A stretch of 32,000 bases of DNA from Mesoplasma florum L1 (GCF_000008305.1 NC_006055.1:150001-182000), one strand, 5' to 3'; shown: positions 1 through 10,103, numbered from the stretch's first letter. The notes: generated by a model from the letters alone, not told the origin. A program made the numbers and translations.

Positions 1-123
1 GTATACAATGGTAAAGAATTTATTCCCGTGTACGTAACAGAAGATATGGTTGGGCACAAATTAGGAGAATTTGCCCCAACTCGTAAATTCGGTGGTCACG
101 GAGACGACAAAGGTAAGAAATAG
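1..123 (+). CDS. rpsS: 30S ribosomal protein S19 (uS19), 3' end only
   Basis: Frame +1 reads [40 protein letters not shown], the conserved S19 C-terminus. It lies directly upstream of L22. The 5' end is outside the window. Confidence 0.9.
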   Translation, partial: VYNGKEFIPVYVTEDMVGHKLGEFAPTRKFGGHGDDKGKK

Positions 124-141
124 AAGAGGTAGGATGACAAT

Positions 142-480
142 ATGGAAGCAAAAGCTTATTTAAATATGATTCGTATCTCTCCTAGAAAAGTTAGATTAGT
201 AGCAGATACAATCAGAAACAAACCAGTTGCAGCCGCAATTGCAACATTATATAACTTAGATAAAAGATCAGCTGAGCCAGTATTAAAATTATTAAACTCA
301 GCAATCGCAAACGCAGTTAACAACAATGGAATGGACGCAGATAAATTATTTGTTAAAACTATTTTTGTTAACGAAGGACCAACTTTAAAACGTTTTAGAC
401 CAAGAGCTCATGGTAGAGCATACGAAATTTTAAAAAGAACATCACACGTAACAATTATTGTTAGTGATGAAAGAATATAG
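142..480 (+). CDS. rplV: 50S ribosomal protein L22 (uL22)
   Basis: 112-aa [30 protein letters not shown]...; canonical S19-L22-S3 order. Confidence 0.95.
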   Translation: MEAKAYLNMIRISPRKVRLVADTIRNKPVAAAIATLYNLDKRSAEPVLKLLNSAIANAVNNNGMDADKLFVKTIFVNEGPTLKRFRPRAHGRAYEILKRTSHVTIIVSDERI

Positions 481-498
481 GAAGGACGAGAAGAATAT

Positions 499-1224
499 AT
501 GGGACAAAAAGTATCACCTAATGTTTTACGTTTAGGAATCGTTAGAGATTGAGAAGACACTTGATATGCTGAAAAAGATCAATACGTTAAATGATTAGAT
601 CAAGATATCAAAATCCGTGAAGGAGTTCTTAAATTATTAAAAGATGCAGCTGTATCAAAAATTAAAATTGAAAGAACAAACTCAAACATTACTTTAATCA
701 TTAGAACTGCTCGTCCAGCTATCGTGCTTGGTCAAGAAGGTAAAAATGTTTCAAATATCGCAACAGCAGTGCAAAAAATTGCTAAAGATAGAAACTTAAA
801 AGTTGAAGTTAAAGTAATTGAAGTAAAAAATCCTGATGCAGATGCAACATTAGTTGCAAGATGAATCGGAGAACAAATTACAAACCGTGCTTCATTTAGA
901 ACAGTTCAAAAATTAGCTATTAGAAAAGCTTTAAAAGCAGGAGTTAAAGGAATCAAAACTTCTGTAAGTGGACGTTTAGGTGGAGTTGAAATGGCTCGTA
1001 CAGAAGGGTACATCGAAGGATCAGTACCTCTATCTACATTAAGAGCAGACATTGATTATGCTTTATATGAAGCTCCAACTACATATGGACAAATTGGTGT
1101 TAAAGTTTGAATTAATCATGGTGAAGTTATCGGAGGTCAAAGCCAAAGAGTTTCTGAAAAAGCACCAATGAATAATGATAGAAGATTCAACAACAAAAAC
1201 AACAACAGAGGGGGACGTAAATAA
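499..1224 (+). CDS. rpsC: 30S ribosomal protein S3 (uS3)
   Basis: Table-4 translation [33 protein letters not shown]...[31 protein letters not shown]... (241 aa). It has five in-frame TGA codons, so it is missing from the standard-code ORF track. Confidence 0.95.
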
Positions 1225-1637
1225 TGTTATTACCAAAAAGAACCAAATATCGTAAACCTCATAAAGTTAGTTTTAAAGGAAAAGCAAAAGGAGCTAAAAC
1301 AATCAACTTTGGTGAATATGGATTAATGTCTCTTGACGGAGCATGAATCGATAACCGTCAAATTGAAGCAGCTCGTATTGCTATGACACGTTATATGAGA
1401 CGTGATGGAAAAGTTTGAATGAGAATTTTCCCACACATTTCAATGTCAAAAAAACCTGCTGAAGTTAGAATGGGATCTGGAAAAGGGAACCCCGAAAAAT
1501 GAGTAGCAGTTGTAAAAGAAGGAACAGTTATGTTTGAAATTGCTGGAGTTAGTGAAGAAACTGCAAGAGAAGCTTTACGTCTTGCAATGCACAAATTACC
1601 AGTTCGTTGCAAATTCGTTAAAAGAGGTGAAGAATAA
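1224..1637 (+). CDS. rplP: 50S ribosomal protein L16 (uL16)
   Basis: [23 protein letters not shown]...[33 protein letters not shown]... (137 aa). The ATG overlaps the rpsC TAA by 1 nt. In-frame TGA codons fall where Trp is expected. Confidence 0.95.
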
Positions 1638-2056
1638 TGGCAAATAAATTAATGGATGAAATTAGAGCGCTTTCAGTAGAACAATTATTAGAAAGAAACG
1701 AAGCTAAAAAAGCTGAGTTATTCGCATTAAAATTCCAAGCTGCTGTTGGAAGTTTAGAACAAACACACCGTATTAAAGAAATTAAAAAAGAAATTGCAAG
1801 AATTCAATTAGTAATAGCTGAAAAAGCTAAAGCTGGTGAAGAAGTAAACAAAACTGTTAAAACAAACTATAACCAAGCTGTAACTGAAGCTGAAAAAGCT
1901 GGTAAAGAAGTTAGAGCAAAACAACGTAAAATGATCGAAGAATTACAAGCACAATATGAAAACAACGGTGCAAGTAATGATGATGCTATTGCAGAAGCTA
2001 TGGCTAATGCAGTAGTTGAAGAACAAAATGATGTAAACGAAGGAGAAACTAAATAA
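1637..2056 (+). CDS. rpmC: 50S ribosomal protein L29 (uL29) with long C-terminal Ala/Glu/Lys-rich extension
   Basis: The N-terminal ~63 aa ([57 protein letters not shown]) form the L29 core. About 75 further residues follow. The ATG overlaps the rplP stop. Confidence 0.9.
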   Translation: MANKLMDEIRALSVEQLLERNEAKKAELFALKFQAAVGSLEQTHRIKEIKKEIARIQLVIAEKAKAGEEVNKTVKTNYNQAVTEAEKAGKEVRAKQRKMIEELQAQYENNGASNDDAIAEAMANAVVEEQNDVNEGETK

Positions 2057-2313
2057 TGGAAAGAAATAGTAGAAGAATACTAGTTGGTAAAGTTGTATCT
2101 GACAAAATGGATAAAACAATTACTGTATTAGTTGAAACTTACAAAAACCACCCAATCTACAAAAAACGTGTTAAGTATTCTAAAAAATATAAAGCACATG
2201 ACGAACAACAAGTTGCTAAAATAGGGGACAAAGTTCAAATTATGGAAACACGTCCTTTATCAAAAACAAAAAACTTCAGATTAGTAAAAGTAGTAGAAAA
2301 AGCTATTTTATAG
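2056..2313 (+). CDS. rpsQ: 30S ribosomal protein S17 (uS17)
   Basis: [49 protein letters not shown]...; the ATG overlaps the rpmC stop. Confidence 0.95.
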   Translation: MERNSRRILVGKVVSDKMDKTITVLVETYKNHPIYKKRVKYSKKYKAHDEQQVAKIGDKVQIMETRPLSKTKNFRLVKVVEKAIL

Positions 2314-2326
2314 GAGATAAAGAGAT

Positions 2327-2695
2327 ATGATTCAAACATTATCAAAATTAAAAGTAGCAGATAACTCAGGTGCTAAAGAAGTTCGTGTTATTCGTAATTT
2401 AGGTGGATCAGTTAGAAAGTTTACAGGAATTGGAGACATCATCGTTTGTTCAGTTCAATCAGCAACTCCAGGAGGAGCTGTTAAAAAAGGTCAAGTTGTT
2501 AAAGCTGTTATTGTTAGAACTACTAGAGAATTAAAAAGAGAAGATGGTACATACATCCGTTTCTCAGAAAATGCTGTAGTAATTATTAAAGAAGATAAAT
2601 CACCACGTGGAACTCGTATTTTCGGTCCAATTGCACGTGAAATTAAAGAAGCTGGATTTGCAAAAATCGCATCTCTAGCTCCAGAAGTATTATAG
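2327..2695 (+). CDS. rplN: 50S ribosomal protein L14 (uL14)
   Basis: [28 protein letters not shown]... (122 aa), a highly conserved L14 sequence. Confidence 0.97.
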
Positions 2696-2708
2696 GAGGA
2701 ACCAGAGA

Positions 2709-3038
2709 ATGAGCAAATCAAAAATCTTAGTAGGTGACGTGGTTAAAGTTATCGCTGGTTCACACAAAGGTGAATTAGGACCAATCACTTGAATATCAAA
2801 AGACAAAAAATGAGTATCAGTACAAGGGATTAACTCTTTAAAACATGTTAAACCTTCACAAACTGACTCAGAAGGTGGAATTAAAGAAGTTCCATCAAAA
2901 ATTAATTTATCAAACGTAGCATTACAAGATCCTAAAAACAAAGATGGTATTTCAAAAGTGGGATACCAAATTGAAGATGGTAAAAAAGTTAGAATTGCAA
3001 AAAAATCTAACTCACCATTAAAAAAGGCAAGTAAATAA
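2709..3038 (+). CDS. rplX: 50S ribosomal protein L24 (uL24)
   Basis: Table-4 translation [49 protein letters not shown]... (109 aa, KOW motif). Two in-frame TGA codons hide it from the ORF track. Confidence 0.93.
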
Positions 3039-3055
3039 GAAAGGGACATGAAGAA

Positions 3056-3598
3056 ATGAAATCAAGATTAGAAACTAGATATACTGAACAAATTGCTCCT
3101 GAATTATTTAAAGAATTAGGATATAAATCAGTAATGCAAGTTCCAAAACTTACAAAAATCGTTATCAACATGGGAGTTGGAGAAGCTACAACTGATCCAA
3201 AAAAACTTGATGCAGCTGTTGTTGAATTAGAACAATTAACTGGTCAAAAACCATTAGTAACAAAAGCAAAAAAATCATTAGCTGTATTTAAATTAAGAGA
3301 AGGAATGCCAATTGGTACAAAAGTAACTTTAAGAGGGAAAAAGATGTATGACTTCTTAGACCGTCTTACAAATGTTGCTTTACCACGTGTGCGTGACTTC
3401 AGAGGGGTTCCAAAAACTTCATTTGATGGATTTGGAAACTACACAATGGGAATTAAAGAACAAATTATTTTCCCAGAAATTGATTATGATAAAGTTCAAA
3501 AACTACGCGGAATGGATATCACAATTGTAACTACTGCAAAAACAAACGAGGAAGCATACAAATTATTAGAAAAATTTGGAATGCCTTTCGCTAAATAA
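3056..3598 (+). CDS. rplE: 50S ribosomal protein L5 (uL5)
   Basis: [44 protein letters not shown]... (180 aa). Confidence 0.96.
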   Translation: MKSRLETRYTEQIAPELFKELGYKSVMQVPKLTKIVINMGVGEATTDPKKLDAAVVELEQLTGQKPLVTKAKKSLAVFKLREGMPIGTKVTLRGKKMYDFLDRLTNVALPRVRDFRGVPKTSFDGFGNYTMGIKEQIIFPEIDYDKVQKLRGMDITIVTTAKTNEEAYKLLEKFGMPFAK

Positions 3599-3617
3599 TA
3601 AAGGGGATTAGGAATAA

Positions 3618-3803
3618 ATGGCTAAAAAATCATTAAAAGTTAAACAAGCTAAACACCAAAAGTTTGGCGTAAGAAACTACACTAGATGTAATAACTGTGG
3701 TAGACCACATGCTGTGCTTAAAAAATTTGGAATTTGTCGTCTATGCTTTAGAAAATATGCATACGAAGGTCAAATCCCAGGGATTAGAAAAGCTTCTTGA
3801 TAA
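3618..3803 (+). CDS. rpsN: 30S ribosomal protein S14, short zinc-binding (type Z) form
   Basis: [16 protein letters not shown]...[38 protein letters not shown]. The CxxC...CxxC zinc motif is present. The terminal TGA encodes the conserved C-terminal Trp, and the true stop is TAA at 3801-3803. Confidence 0.95.
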
Positions 3804-3834
3804 TAGGAAATAGAAAGAGTAAAGGAAATAAAAA

Positions 3835-4224
3835 ATGACAACAGACGTAATCGCAGATATGTTAACTAGAATCCGTAATGCAAACCAAAGAATGTTAAAA
3901 ACTGTTAACATTCCTTCATCAAAAATGAAATTGGAAATTGCAAACATCTTAAAAGAAGAAGGATTCATTTCAAGCTTCACTGTTGAAGGTGAAGTTAAAA
4001 AAACTATTACTATTGAATTAAAATATCAAGGAAAACAAAGAGTAATCTCAGGACTTAAAAAGATCTCTAAACCAGGTCTTAGAGTATATGCACCAGCAAA
4101 CGAAATCCCACAAGTATTAAACGGTTTAGGAATTGCAATAGTTTCAACATCACAAGGAATCATGACAGGAAAACAAGCTCGTCTATCAAACATTGGTGGA
4201 GAAGTATTGGCTTTCGTCTGATAA
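3835..4224 (+). CDS. rpsH: 30S ribosomal protein S8 (uS8)
   Basis: [24 protein letters not shown]...GGEVLAFVW. The final TGA is the conserved C-terminal Trp, and the true stop is TAA at 4222-4224. Confidence 0.95.
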
Positions 4225-4243
4225 TAGGAGGTAGAGGTAAAAT

Positions 4244-4786
4244 ATGTCACGTATAGGAAACAGAATTTTAACTATCCCTGCAGGTGTTGAAGTTAGTGTT
4301 GCATCAGACAACACAGTTACAGTAAAAGGGTCAAAGGGAACTTTAACTCAAAAATTCGCAGAAGTTATCACAATCAAAGTTGAAGGAGCAGAACTTTCAA
4401 CAACAAGAGCTAATGAAATTAAACATACAAAACAATTACACGGAACAACAAACTCATTATTACAAGGTATGTTAATCGGTGTAAGTGAAGGGTTCAAAAA
4501 AACTCTTGACATTAACGGGGTTGGATATAGAGCAGCTTTAGCTGGAAGTAAATTAAATCTTTCACTAGGATACTCACACCCAGTTGAATATACAATTCCT
4601 CAAGGAATTACAGTAGAATGTCCAAAACCAACTCAAATCATTATTTCAGGTATTGATAAACAAGTTGTAGGACAAGTTGCAGCAGAAATTAGATCATACA
4701 GAAGACCAGAACCTTATAAAGGTAAAGGAATTAAGTACTCAGATGAAATCATTATTAGAAAAGAAGGGAAAGCAGCTGGTAAATAA
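4244..4786 (+). CDS. rplF: 50S ribosomal protein L6 (uL6)
   Basis: [38 protein letters not shown]... (180 aa). Confidence 0.96.
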   Translation: MSRIGNRILTIPAGVEVSVASDNTVTVKGSKGTLTQKFAEVITIKVEGAELSTTRANEIKHTKQLHGTTNSLLQGMLIGVSEGFKKTLDINGVGYRAALAGSKLNLSLGYSHPVEYTIPQGITVECPKPTQIIISGIDKQVVGQVAAEIRSYRRPEPYKGKGIKYSDEIIIRKEGKAAGK

Positions 4787-4811
4787 TATCAGAGCTTAAG
4801 GTTATAGAATT

Positions 4812-5159
4812 ATGAAATATACTAAACAAGAAGCAAGAAAAAGAAGACATTACCGTGTTAGAAGTAAAGTTTCTGGAACTGCTGCTAAACCAAGATTAAA
4901 TGTTTTCAAATCAAACACTAATTTCTACGCACAAATAATCGACGACACAACTGGAACAACTTTAGTTTCAGCATCATCATTAAACTTGGGATTAAAATCA
5001 GGAAACATTGAAGCAGCTAAAAAAGTTGCTGAAGAAATCGCTAAATTAGCAATTGCAAAAAGCATTGTTGATGTAGTATTTGACCGTGGTGGATACTTAT
5101 ACCATGGTAAAGTAAAAGCTTTTGCTGAAGCAGCAAGAGAAAACGGATTGAAATTCTAG
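4812..5159 (+). CDS. rplR: 50S ribosomal protein L18 (uL18)
   Basis: [45 protein letters not shown]...[26 protein letters not shown]. Confidence 0.96.
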   Translation: MKYTKQEARKRRHYRVRSKVSGTAAKPRLNVFKSNTNFYAQIIDDTTGTTLVSASSLNLGLKSGNIEAAKKVAEEIAKLAIAKSIVDVVFDRGGYLYHGKVKAFAEAARENGLKF

Positions 5160-5170
5160 AAAGGTAAAGA

Positions 5171-5800
5171 GTGAGAAATATGGAAAATAAAACAGAAGTA
5201 GTAGTAGCTGAAAACGCTAACAATCAAACTCAACCTGAAAGAAAAAAGTTTGATAGAAAACCAAACCGTCGTCCTCAAGGACCAAAACAATTCCAAAAAG
5301 ATGATTTTGAAGAAAAAGTAGTAACAATTAGACGTGTTACTAAAGTTACAAAAGGTGGACGTCACTTTAGATTCGCAGCAGTTGTTGTTGTTGGAGATAA
5401 AAAAGGTCAAGTTGGTTTAGGAACAGGAAAAGCAAATGAAGTTCCTGAAGCAATTAAAAAAGCTGTTAAAGAAGCTAAAAAGAACTTAATTAGAGTTCCT
5501 TTAAGAGGAACAACTGTTCCTCATGAAGTGATCGGTCACTTTGGTGCAGGTCAAGTTCTAATTAAACCAGCTAAACCTGGTACTGGAGTTATTGCCGGTG
5601 GACCAGCTCGTGCTGTTATTGAATTAGCAGGTATTGCAGACGTTTATGCTAAATCATTAGGTAGAAACAATCCAATCAATATGATTAGAGCTACAATTGA
5701 TGGTTTATCATCAATGCATACAGCTAAAAAAGTAAATGACTTAAGATTTGGAAAACCAGTTATTAAAACTGAAAAACCAAAAGTAGAAGAAACTAAATAG
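5171..5800 (+). CDS. rpsE: 30S ribosomal protein S5 (uS5) with N-terminal extension
   Basis: The conserved core [52 protein letters not shown] is preceded by ~45 residues. A GTG at 5171 lies 6 nt after an AAAGG Shine-Dalgarno (SD) sequence. ATG 5180 is an alternative start. Confidence 0.9.
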   Translation: MRNMENKTEVVVAENANNQTQPERKKFDRKPNRRPQGPKQFQKDDFEEKVVTIRRVTKVTKGGRHFRFAAVVVVGDKKGQVGLGTGKANEVPEAIKKAVKEAKKNLIRVPLRGTTVPHEVIGHFGAGQVLIKPAKPGTGVIAGGPARAVIELAGIADVYAKSLGRNNPINMIRATIDGLSSMHTAKKVNDLRFGKPVIKTEKPKVEETK

Positions 5801-5818
5801 GAAAGGAGCATACAAATT

Positions 5819-6256
5819 ATGAAATTACATGAATTAAAATATACTGAAGGTAGCAAAAAAGATGTTACTAGAGTAGGTAGAGGTATGGCTTCTGGAAAAG
5901 GGAAAACTTCTACAAGAGGTCATAAAGGACAAAACTCACGTTCAGGTGGGGGAGTTCGTGTAGGATTCGAAGGGGGACAAACTCCTTTATACAGAAGACT
6001 ACCAAAAATTGGATTCACTTCTCCAAACCAAAAAGAATACGTTATTCTTAATCTTTCAGATTTAGAAAGATTAAATTTAGCATTAATTGATCATAAAGTT
6101 TTAGTTGAGCAAAAAATTATCAAAAACGAAAAACAATTAGTAAAAGTTTTAGGTAAAGGTTCAATTACTTCAGCAATTAATGTAAAATTAAACAAAGTTT
6201 CAAAATCAGCTCAAGCTGAAATTGAAAAACTTGGAGGAAAAGTAGAGGTGATTTAA
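5819..6256 (+). CDS. rplO: 50S ribosomal protein L15 (uL15)
   Basis: [63 protein letters not shown]... It follows S5 after only 18 nt, leaving no room for an L30 gene. Confidence 0.96.
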   Translation: MKLHELKYTEGSKKDVTRVGRGMASGKGKTSTRGHKGQNSRSGGGVRVGFEGGQTPLYRRLPKIGFTSPNQKEYVILNLSDLERLNLALIDHKVLVEQKIIKNEKQLVKVLGKGSITSAINVKLNKVSKSAQAEIEKLGGKVEVI

Positions 6257-6257
6257 T

Positions 6258-7718
6258 ATGGCAAAAAAGTTCGCTAAAAAAAGCAAACAATATTCAGCCA
6301 AAAAATCACAAAGTAATAATAGCGATTTAAGAACTGGCAACTTCTTTATTAAAAATAAAGATATTCTAGGTAGAATCGCTTTTACTTTATTATTATTAGT
6401 GATTATTAGAATTGGAGTATATATAACAGTACCTGGTATCAGATTGACTTCTGATTATCAAAATGCTATTAACAATTCACAGTTCTTTCAATTACTTTCA
6501 ACTTTGGGGGGAGGTACTATTGGAAGATTCTCGATTCTAGCATTAGGGGTATCTCCTTATATTACTGCTTCCATTATTGTTCAGTTGCTTTCAACTGATG
6601 TTGTTCCTATCTTAACTAGATGAAATAAATCTGGTGAAAGAGGAAGAAAGAAATTAGATAAATTAACAAAAGTATTAATGATTCCATTTGCTTTAATGCA
6701 AGGGATTGCAACGATATTTACACTTCAACAACAAGGTGTTATTGAACCTGGTTGATCAAGTGATAATGTATTAGCTTCTCCAGCATTTTACTATGTATTA
6801 GTACCACTTGTTATGTTAGCTGGTTCATACTTTATGTTATGAATTGCTGATCAAATTACAATCAAAGGTGTTGGTAATGGTATTTCAATAGTTATCTTTA
6901 TTGGTATTATTGTTCAATTGCCTAACCAAATAAAAGCTACATATGATTTCTGAATACCTTCAAATGAAAGTATTAACGTTTTCTTTGACGGAATAATTAA
7001 GTTTTCTATTTACATGTTAGTTTTCTTTGTTGTTATATTCTCTGTTGTACTTATGAATGAAGCAGAACGTAAAGTGCCTATTCAGCAGACCGGTAGTGGT
7101 TTAATTGATTCAAAAGATCATACACCATATCTACCACTAAAACTGAATAATGCCGGGGTTATACCAGTTATCTTTGCATCTGCATTGATATCAACTCCAA
7201 TTACAATTGCACAAATTATTGACCCAACAGCTAGCACGTCTACCGTTGATTCGGCAAATGCATTTGTAAGGTTTACACAACATTACCTTTCATTTAATAC
7301 GTGATGAGGAATTGGAATATTTGCTGTAATGATTGTATTATTTACATTCTTATATGCTCAAGTTCAAATTAATCCTGAAAAAATAAGTGAGAACTTTCAA
7401 AAATCAGGAACTTTCATTCCTGGGATTAAACCTGGAAAAGATACAACAAATTTCTTAAAAGGAACTATTAATAGATTGTCTTTATTTGGTGCTATATTCT
7501 TAGCTGCAATTGCTGCGTTGCCATATGTTATATCTAAATTGACTAATTTACCAAGTCAGTTAGCTATTGGGGGAACCGGTTTAATTATTTGTATATCGGT
7601 TGCTATTCAAACAACACAACAATTACAAGGAAGAATTACACAACACAAATTTATTGAAAGCAAAAAACAAAACTTTACTGAAGAAGCCTCAACAAATTCT
7701 TCAAGTCATATTTGATAA
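6258..7718 (+). CDS. secY: preprotein translocase subunit SecY
   Basis: Three same-frame ORF-track fragments (6258, 7014, 7329) plus shorter pieces join across in-frame TGA into a 486-aa protein. Recognisable segments include ...LGVSPYITASIIVQLLSTDVVPILTRW... and ...GTFIPGIKPGKDT.... It occupies the canonical position after rplO. True stop is TAA at 7716-7718. Confidence 0.95.
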
Positions 7719-7745
7719 AAGACTATCAGTAGTCTTTTTTCTTTT
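7717..7745 (+). terminator. intrinsic terminator after secY
   Basis: AAAAGACTA-tcag-TAGTCTTTT hairpin followed by a T-run (ttttttctttt), starting at the secY stop. Confidence 0.75.
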
Positions 7746-7776
7746 GGTTTAAACCTATTTTTAGATATAATATAAT
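7744..7776 (+). promoter_or_regulatory. candidate sigma-A type promoter for cdd-adk-map...
   Basis: TTGGTT (7744-7749), a 16-nt spacer, then TATAAT (7766-7771). A second overlapping TATAAT lies at 7771-7776. Confidence 0.5.
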
Positions 7777-7795
7777 TGTTATGAAAGAGGTAAAG

Positions 7796-8203
7796 ATGAC
7801 TGAAAAGCAAAATGTATTTAAAGAATTATTAAAACTTAAAGATAATTCTTATAGCCCTTATTCAAATTTTAAAGTGGCTTGTTTAATCTATTTAAACAAC
7901 AATGAAATCATTAAAGGTGTAAATGTTGAAAATGCAGCATATCCTGCAACTATATGTGCAGAAAGAACCGCATTGTCTCAAGTTTATTCTTTGGGTTATA
8001 AAAAAGAAGATATAAAATCTTTAGAGTTATATACTGATTCTGAAAGTTTGGGATCACCTTGTGGAGTTTGCCGTCAAGTTATTTCTGAATTAGTAAATTG
8101 AACTACACCAATTTCAATTTACAACAAAAATGGGTTTCAATTAGAAACAAATATAAATGAGTTATTGCCGCATGCCTTTGAGCCTGCACAACTTATTAAA
8201 TAA
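7796..8203 (+). CDS. cdd: cytidine deaminase
   Basis: MTEKQNVFKELLKLKDNSYSPYSNFKVACLI...VENAAYPATICAERTALSQ...SPCGVCRQVISELVNW... It carries the CAE and PCGxCRQ zinc and catalytic motifs and reads through one TGA to TAA at 8201-8203. ATG 7796 has an AAAGAGG SD. The in-frame ATG at 7781 lies at or inside the predicted promoter. Confidence 0.88.
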
Positions 8204-8216
8204 AAGGAGAGAAAAT

Positions 8217-8855
8217 ATGAATATTATGTTATTAGGAGCACCTGGTTCAGGTAAAGGAACTTTGGCAGAAAAATTAATCAAGAATCAAGGATTTAATCAA
8301 ATGTCAACAGGAGATTTGATGCGTAAAGAAATCAATGATGAAACACCTTTAGGAATTGAATGTGCAAGATATATGAATGAAGGTAGATTAGTACCTGATG
8401 AAGTTACAATGGGTATTGTAAAAAACTTTTTACAAGATAATCATAATCAATTAATTTTTGATGGAATTCCAAGAACATTAAATCAAGCTAAAATTTTAGA
8501 AGAAAACTTAATTGAACTAAATGCAAAAATAGATAAAGTTATATACATTGATGTTCCAAGTGAAATTTTATTAAACAGAATAAGTGGAAGATTAATTTGT
8601 CCAAAATGCAAAGTTAGTTACCATATCATTAGCAGAAAACCAAAATTAGAAGGAATTTGTGATAATGATGGAACTGAACTAGTTCGTAGACCAGATGATG
8701 CTCCAGAAAAAGTTAAAGTTAGACTTGAAGCATATGCAAATGAAACAGCACCATTAGTAGATTACTATAAAAATAAACCTGGATTTATTCATATTGTAGA
8801 TAATGCGAACACAACTGCTGAAGAAGTTTATGCAGAAGTTTTAGGAGCTTTATAG
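8217..8855 (+). CDS. adk: adenylate kinase (zinc-lid type)
   Basis: MNIMLLGAPGSGKGTLAEKLIK... (P-loop); the lid has CPKC...CDND. An AAGGAGAG SD lies 5 nt upstream of ATG 8217. The ORF-track start at 8157 overlaps cdd and is not used here. Confidence 0.95.
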   Translation: MNIMLLGAPGSGKGTLAEKLIKNQGFNQMSTGDLMRKEINDETPLGIECARYMNEGRLVPDEVTMGIVKNFLQDNHNQLIFDGIPRTLNQAKILEENLIELNAKIDKVIYIDVPSEILLNRISGRLICPKCKVSYHIISRKPKLEGICDNDGTELVRRPDDAPEKVKVRLEAYANETAPLVDYYKNKPGFIHIVDNANTTAEEVYAEVLGAL

Positions 8856-9614
8856 ATGGCTGTTACAATAAAATCACCTCAAGAAATTGAAAAAATGCGT
8901 GTTGCTGGTCAAGTTTTGGCAGAAGCTATTGACATGTTAAAATCAATGATAAAAGTAGGCGTAAATTGCTTAGATTTGGATAAAGAATTTGAAAAATTTA
9001 TTACTGAAAAAGGATGTAAATCTAATTTTAAAAATTATCATGGATACCCAAAAACTATTTGTATATCAATCAATGAGCAATTAGTACATGGAATTCCACA
9101 AGATAGAATTTTAGAAGAAGGAGATTTAGTTTCTGTTGATACAGGGTGTGTTTTCGAAGGATATCATGCTGATAGTGCATTTAGTATGATAGTAGGCATT
9201 GCAAAAGATACAAAACATGATATACTATTAAAAGTCACTGAAGAATGTCTGGATTTAGCTATTGAAGCTTTAGCTCCAGGGGTTCGTATTGGTACTATTG
9301 GGAGCATAATTCAAAACCATGCAGAAAGTTTTGGTTTTGGAGTTCCAAGAGACTATACAGGACATGGAATTGGTACAGAAATGCATGAAGATCCTTTTAT
9401 ACCAAATTATGGTAAAAAAGATACAGGAATGCGTTTGCAAGCAGGGATGGTAATTTGTATTGAACCTATGATTCAAATGGGTACTTTCAAAACTAAACTT
9501 GCAGCAGATAATTGAACAGTTCTTTCAGCTGACAAGAGTATGACTGCTCACTTTGAACACACTATCTTAATTACTGATAGTGGTTATGAAGTATTAACTA
9601 AATCAAAAAGATAG
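8856..9614 (+). CDS. map: methionine aminopeptidase type I
   Basis: MAVTIKSPQEIEKMRVAGQVLAEA...VDTGCVFEGYHADSA...YTGHGIG...ICIEPM...[32 protein letters not shown]. One in-frame TGA is read through; stop is TAG at 9612-9614. Confidence 0.95.
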
Positions 9615-9626
9615 GAGTTGTAGTTT

Positions 9627-9863
9627 ATGGCAAAAGAAGCAGAAATGGAATTTGAAGGTACGGTTGTAGAAGTATTGCCTAATGCAAAATTCAAAGTACA
9701 ACTGGAAAACGACATTGTTATTGATGCACACGTGTCAGGTAAAATCCGAATGCATTACATTCGCATCTTACCTGGAGATAAAGTAACAGTCGTGATATCA
9801 CCTTATGATATGACACGTGGAAGAATTACATATAGAAAAATTGCTAAAAAAGCAGAAGTGTAA
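9627..9863 (+). CDS. infA: translation initiation factor IF-1
   Basis: [70 protein letters not shown]. Confidence 0.96.
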   Translation: MAKEAEMEFEGTVVEVLPNAKFKVQLENDIVIDAHVSGKIRMHYIRILPGDKVTVVISPYDMTRGRITYRKIAKKAEV

Positions 9864-9872
9864 TTATAGAAA

Positions 9873-9892
9873 AAATCGACTTAAGTCGATTT
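9873..9892. repeat. perfect 20-bp palindrome (potential stem-loop) between infA and rpmJ
   Basis: AAATCGACTTAAGTCGATTT is its own reverse complement. No long T-run follows it. Confidence 0.6.
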
Positions 9893-9932
9893 AAATTGTT
9901 TAAATACAAAAGAACAAATACGGAGGTTACAG

Positions 9933-10046
9933 ATGAAAGTAAGATCATCAGTCAAAAAAATTTGCGACAAATGTCGTGTTATTAGACGTAAAGGCCGCGT
10001 AATGATTATTTGTGCACAACCAAAGCACAAACAAAGACAAGGTTAA
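9933..10046 (+). CDS. rpmJ: 50S ribosomal protein L36 (bL36), zinc-ribbon form
   Basis: [37 protein letters not shown] (37 aa). A GGAGG SD lies upstream. The ORF is too short to appear in the ORF track. Confidence 0.95.
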
Positions 10047-10103
10047 TTAGTCTAAATATAAAATTATTAAAAATAAATTTTATTTAAGAAAGGAATTAGA
10101 GAT

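Noticed and set aside
1391-5856. Antisense ORFs of 60-119 aa inside the ribosomal protein genes (1391-1612, 2491-2721, 2690-3049, 3741-3980, 4026-4250, 5041-5223, 5156-5410, 5644-5856, all minus strand).
   Set aside because: Each lies wholly within a highly conserved plus-strand gene. The sequences are low-complexity and Phe/Ile/Ser/Leu-rich, as expected for the reverse complement of AT-rich coding DNA. None has an SD or recognisable motifs. They are shadow ORFs.
6258-7715. secY, the permeases and several other genes appear split into multiple ORFs, which could suggest pseudogenes or frameshifts.
   Set aside because: All fragments of each gene share one frame and are separated only by TGA. 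The joined proteins have normal length and conserved motifs. This is an artefact of using the standard code on a table-4 genome.
7781-7795. Upstream in-frame ATG at 7781 as the cdd start.
   Set aside because: It lies only 5-10 nt after the predicted -10 boxes, so it is probably at or before the transcript 5' end. It has no SD. ATG 7796 has AAAGAGG at the proper spacing. Confidence in this choice is moderate.
8157-8216. The longer adk ORF in the track, starting at 8157 (MSYCRMPLSLHNLLNKRREN...).
   Set aside because: This stretch overlaps the 3' end of cdd in another frame. ATG 8217 has a strong AAGGAGAG SD and gives the canonical MNIMLLGAPGSGKGT N-terminus.
10058-10083. Hairpin ATAAAATT...AATTTTAT between rpmJ and rpsM as a terminator or attenuator.
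   Set aside because: The stem is A-T only and 8 bp long, with a 10-nt loop, so its stability is negligible. Such pairings are expected by chance at this base composition.
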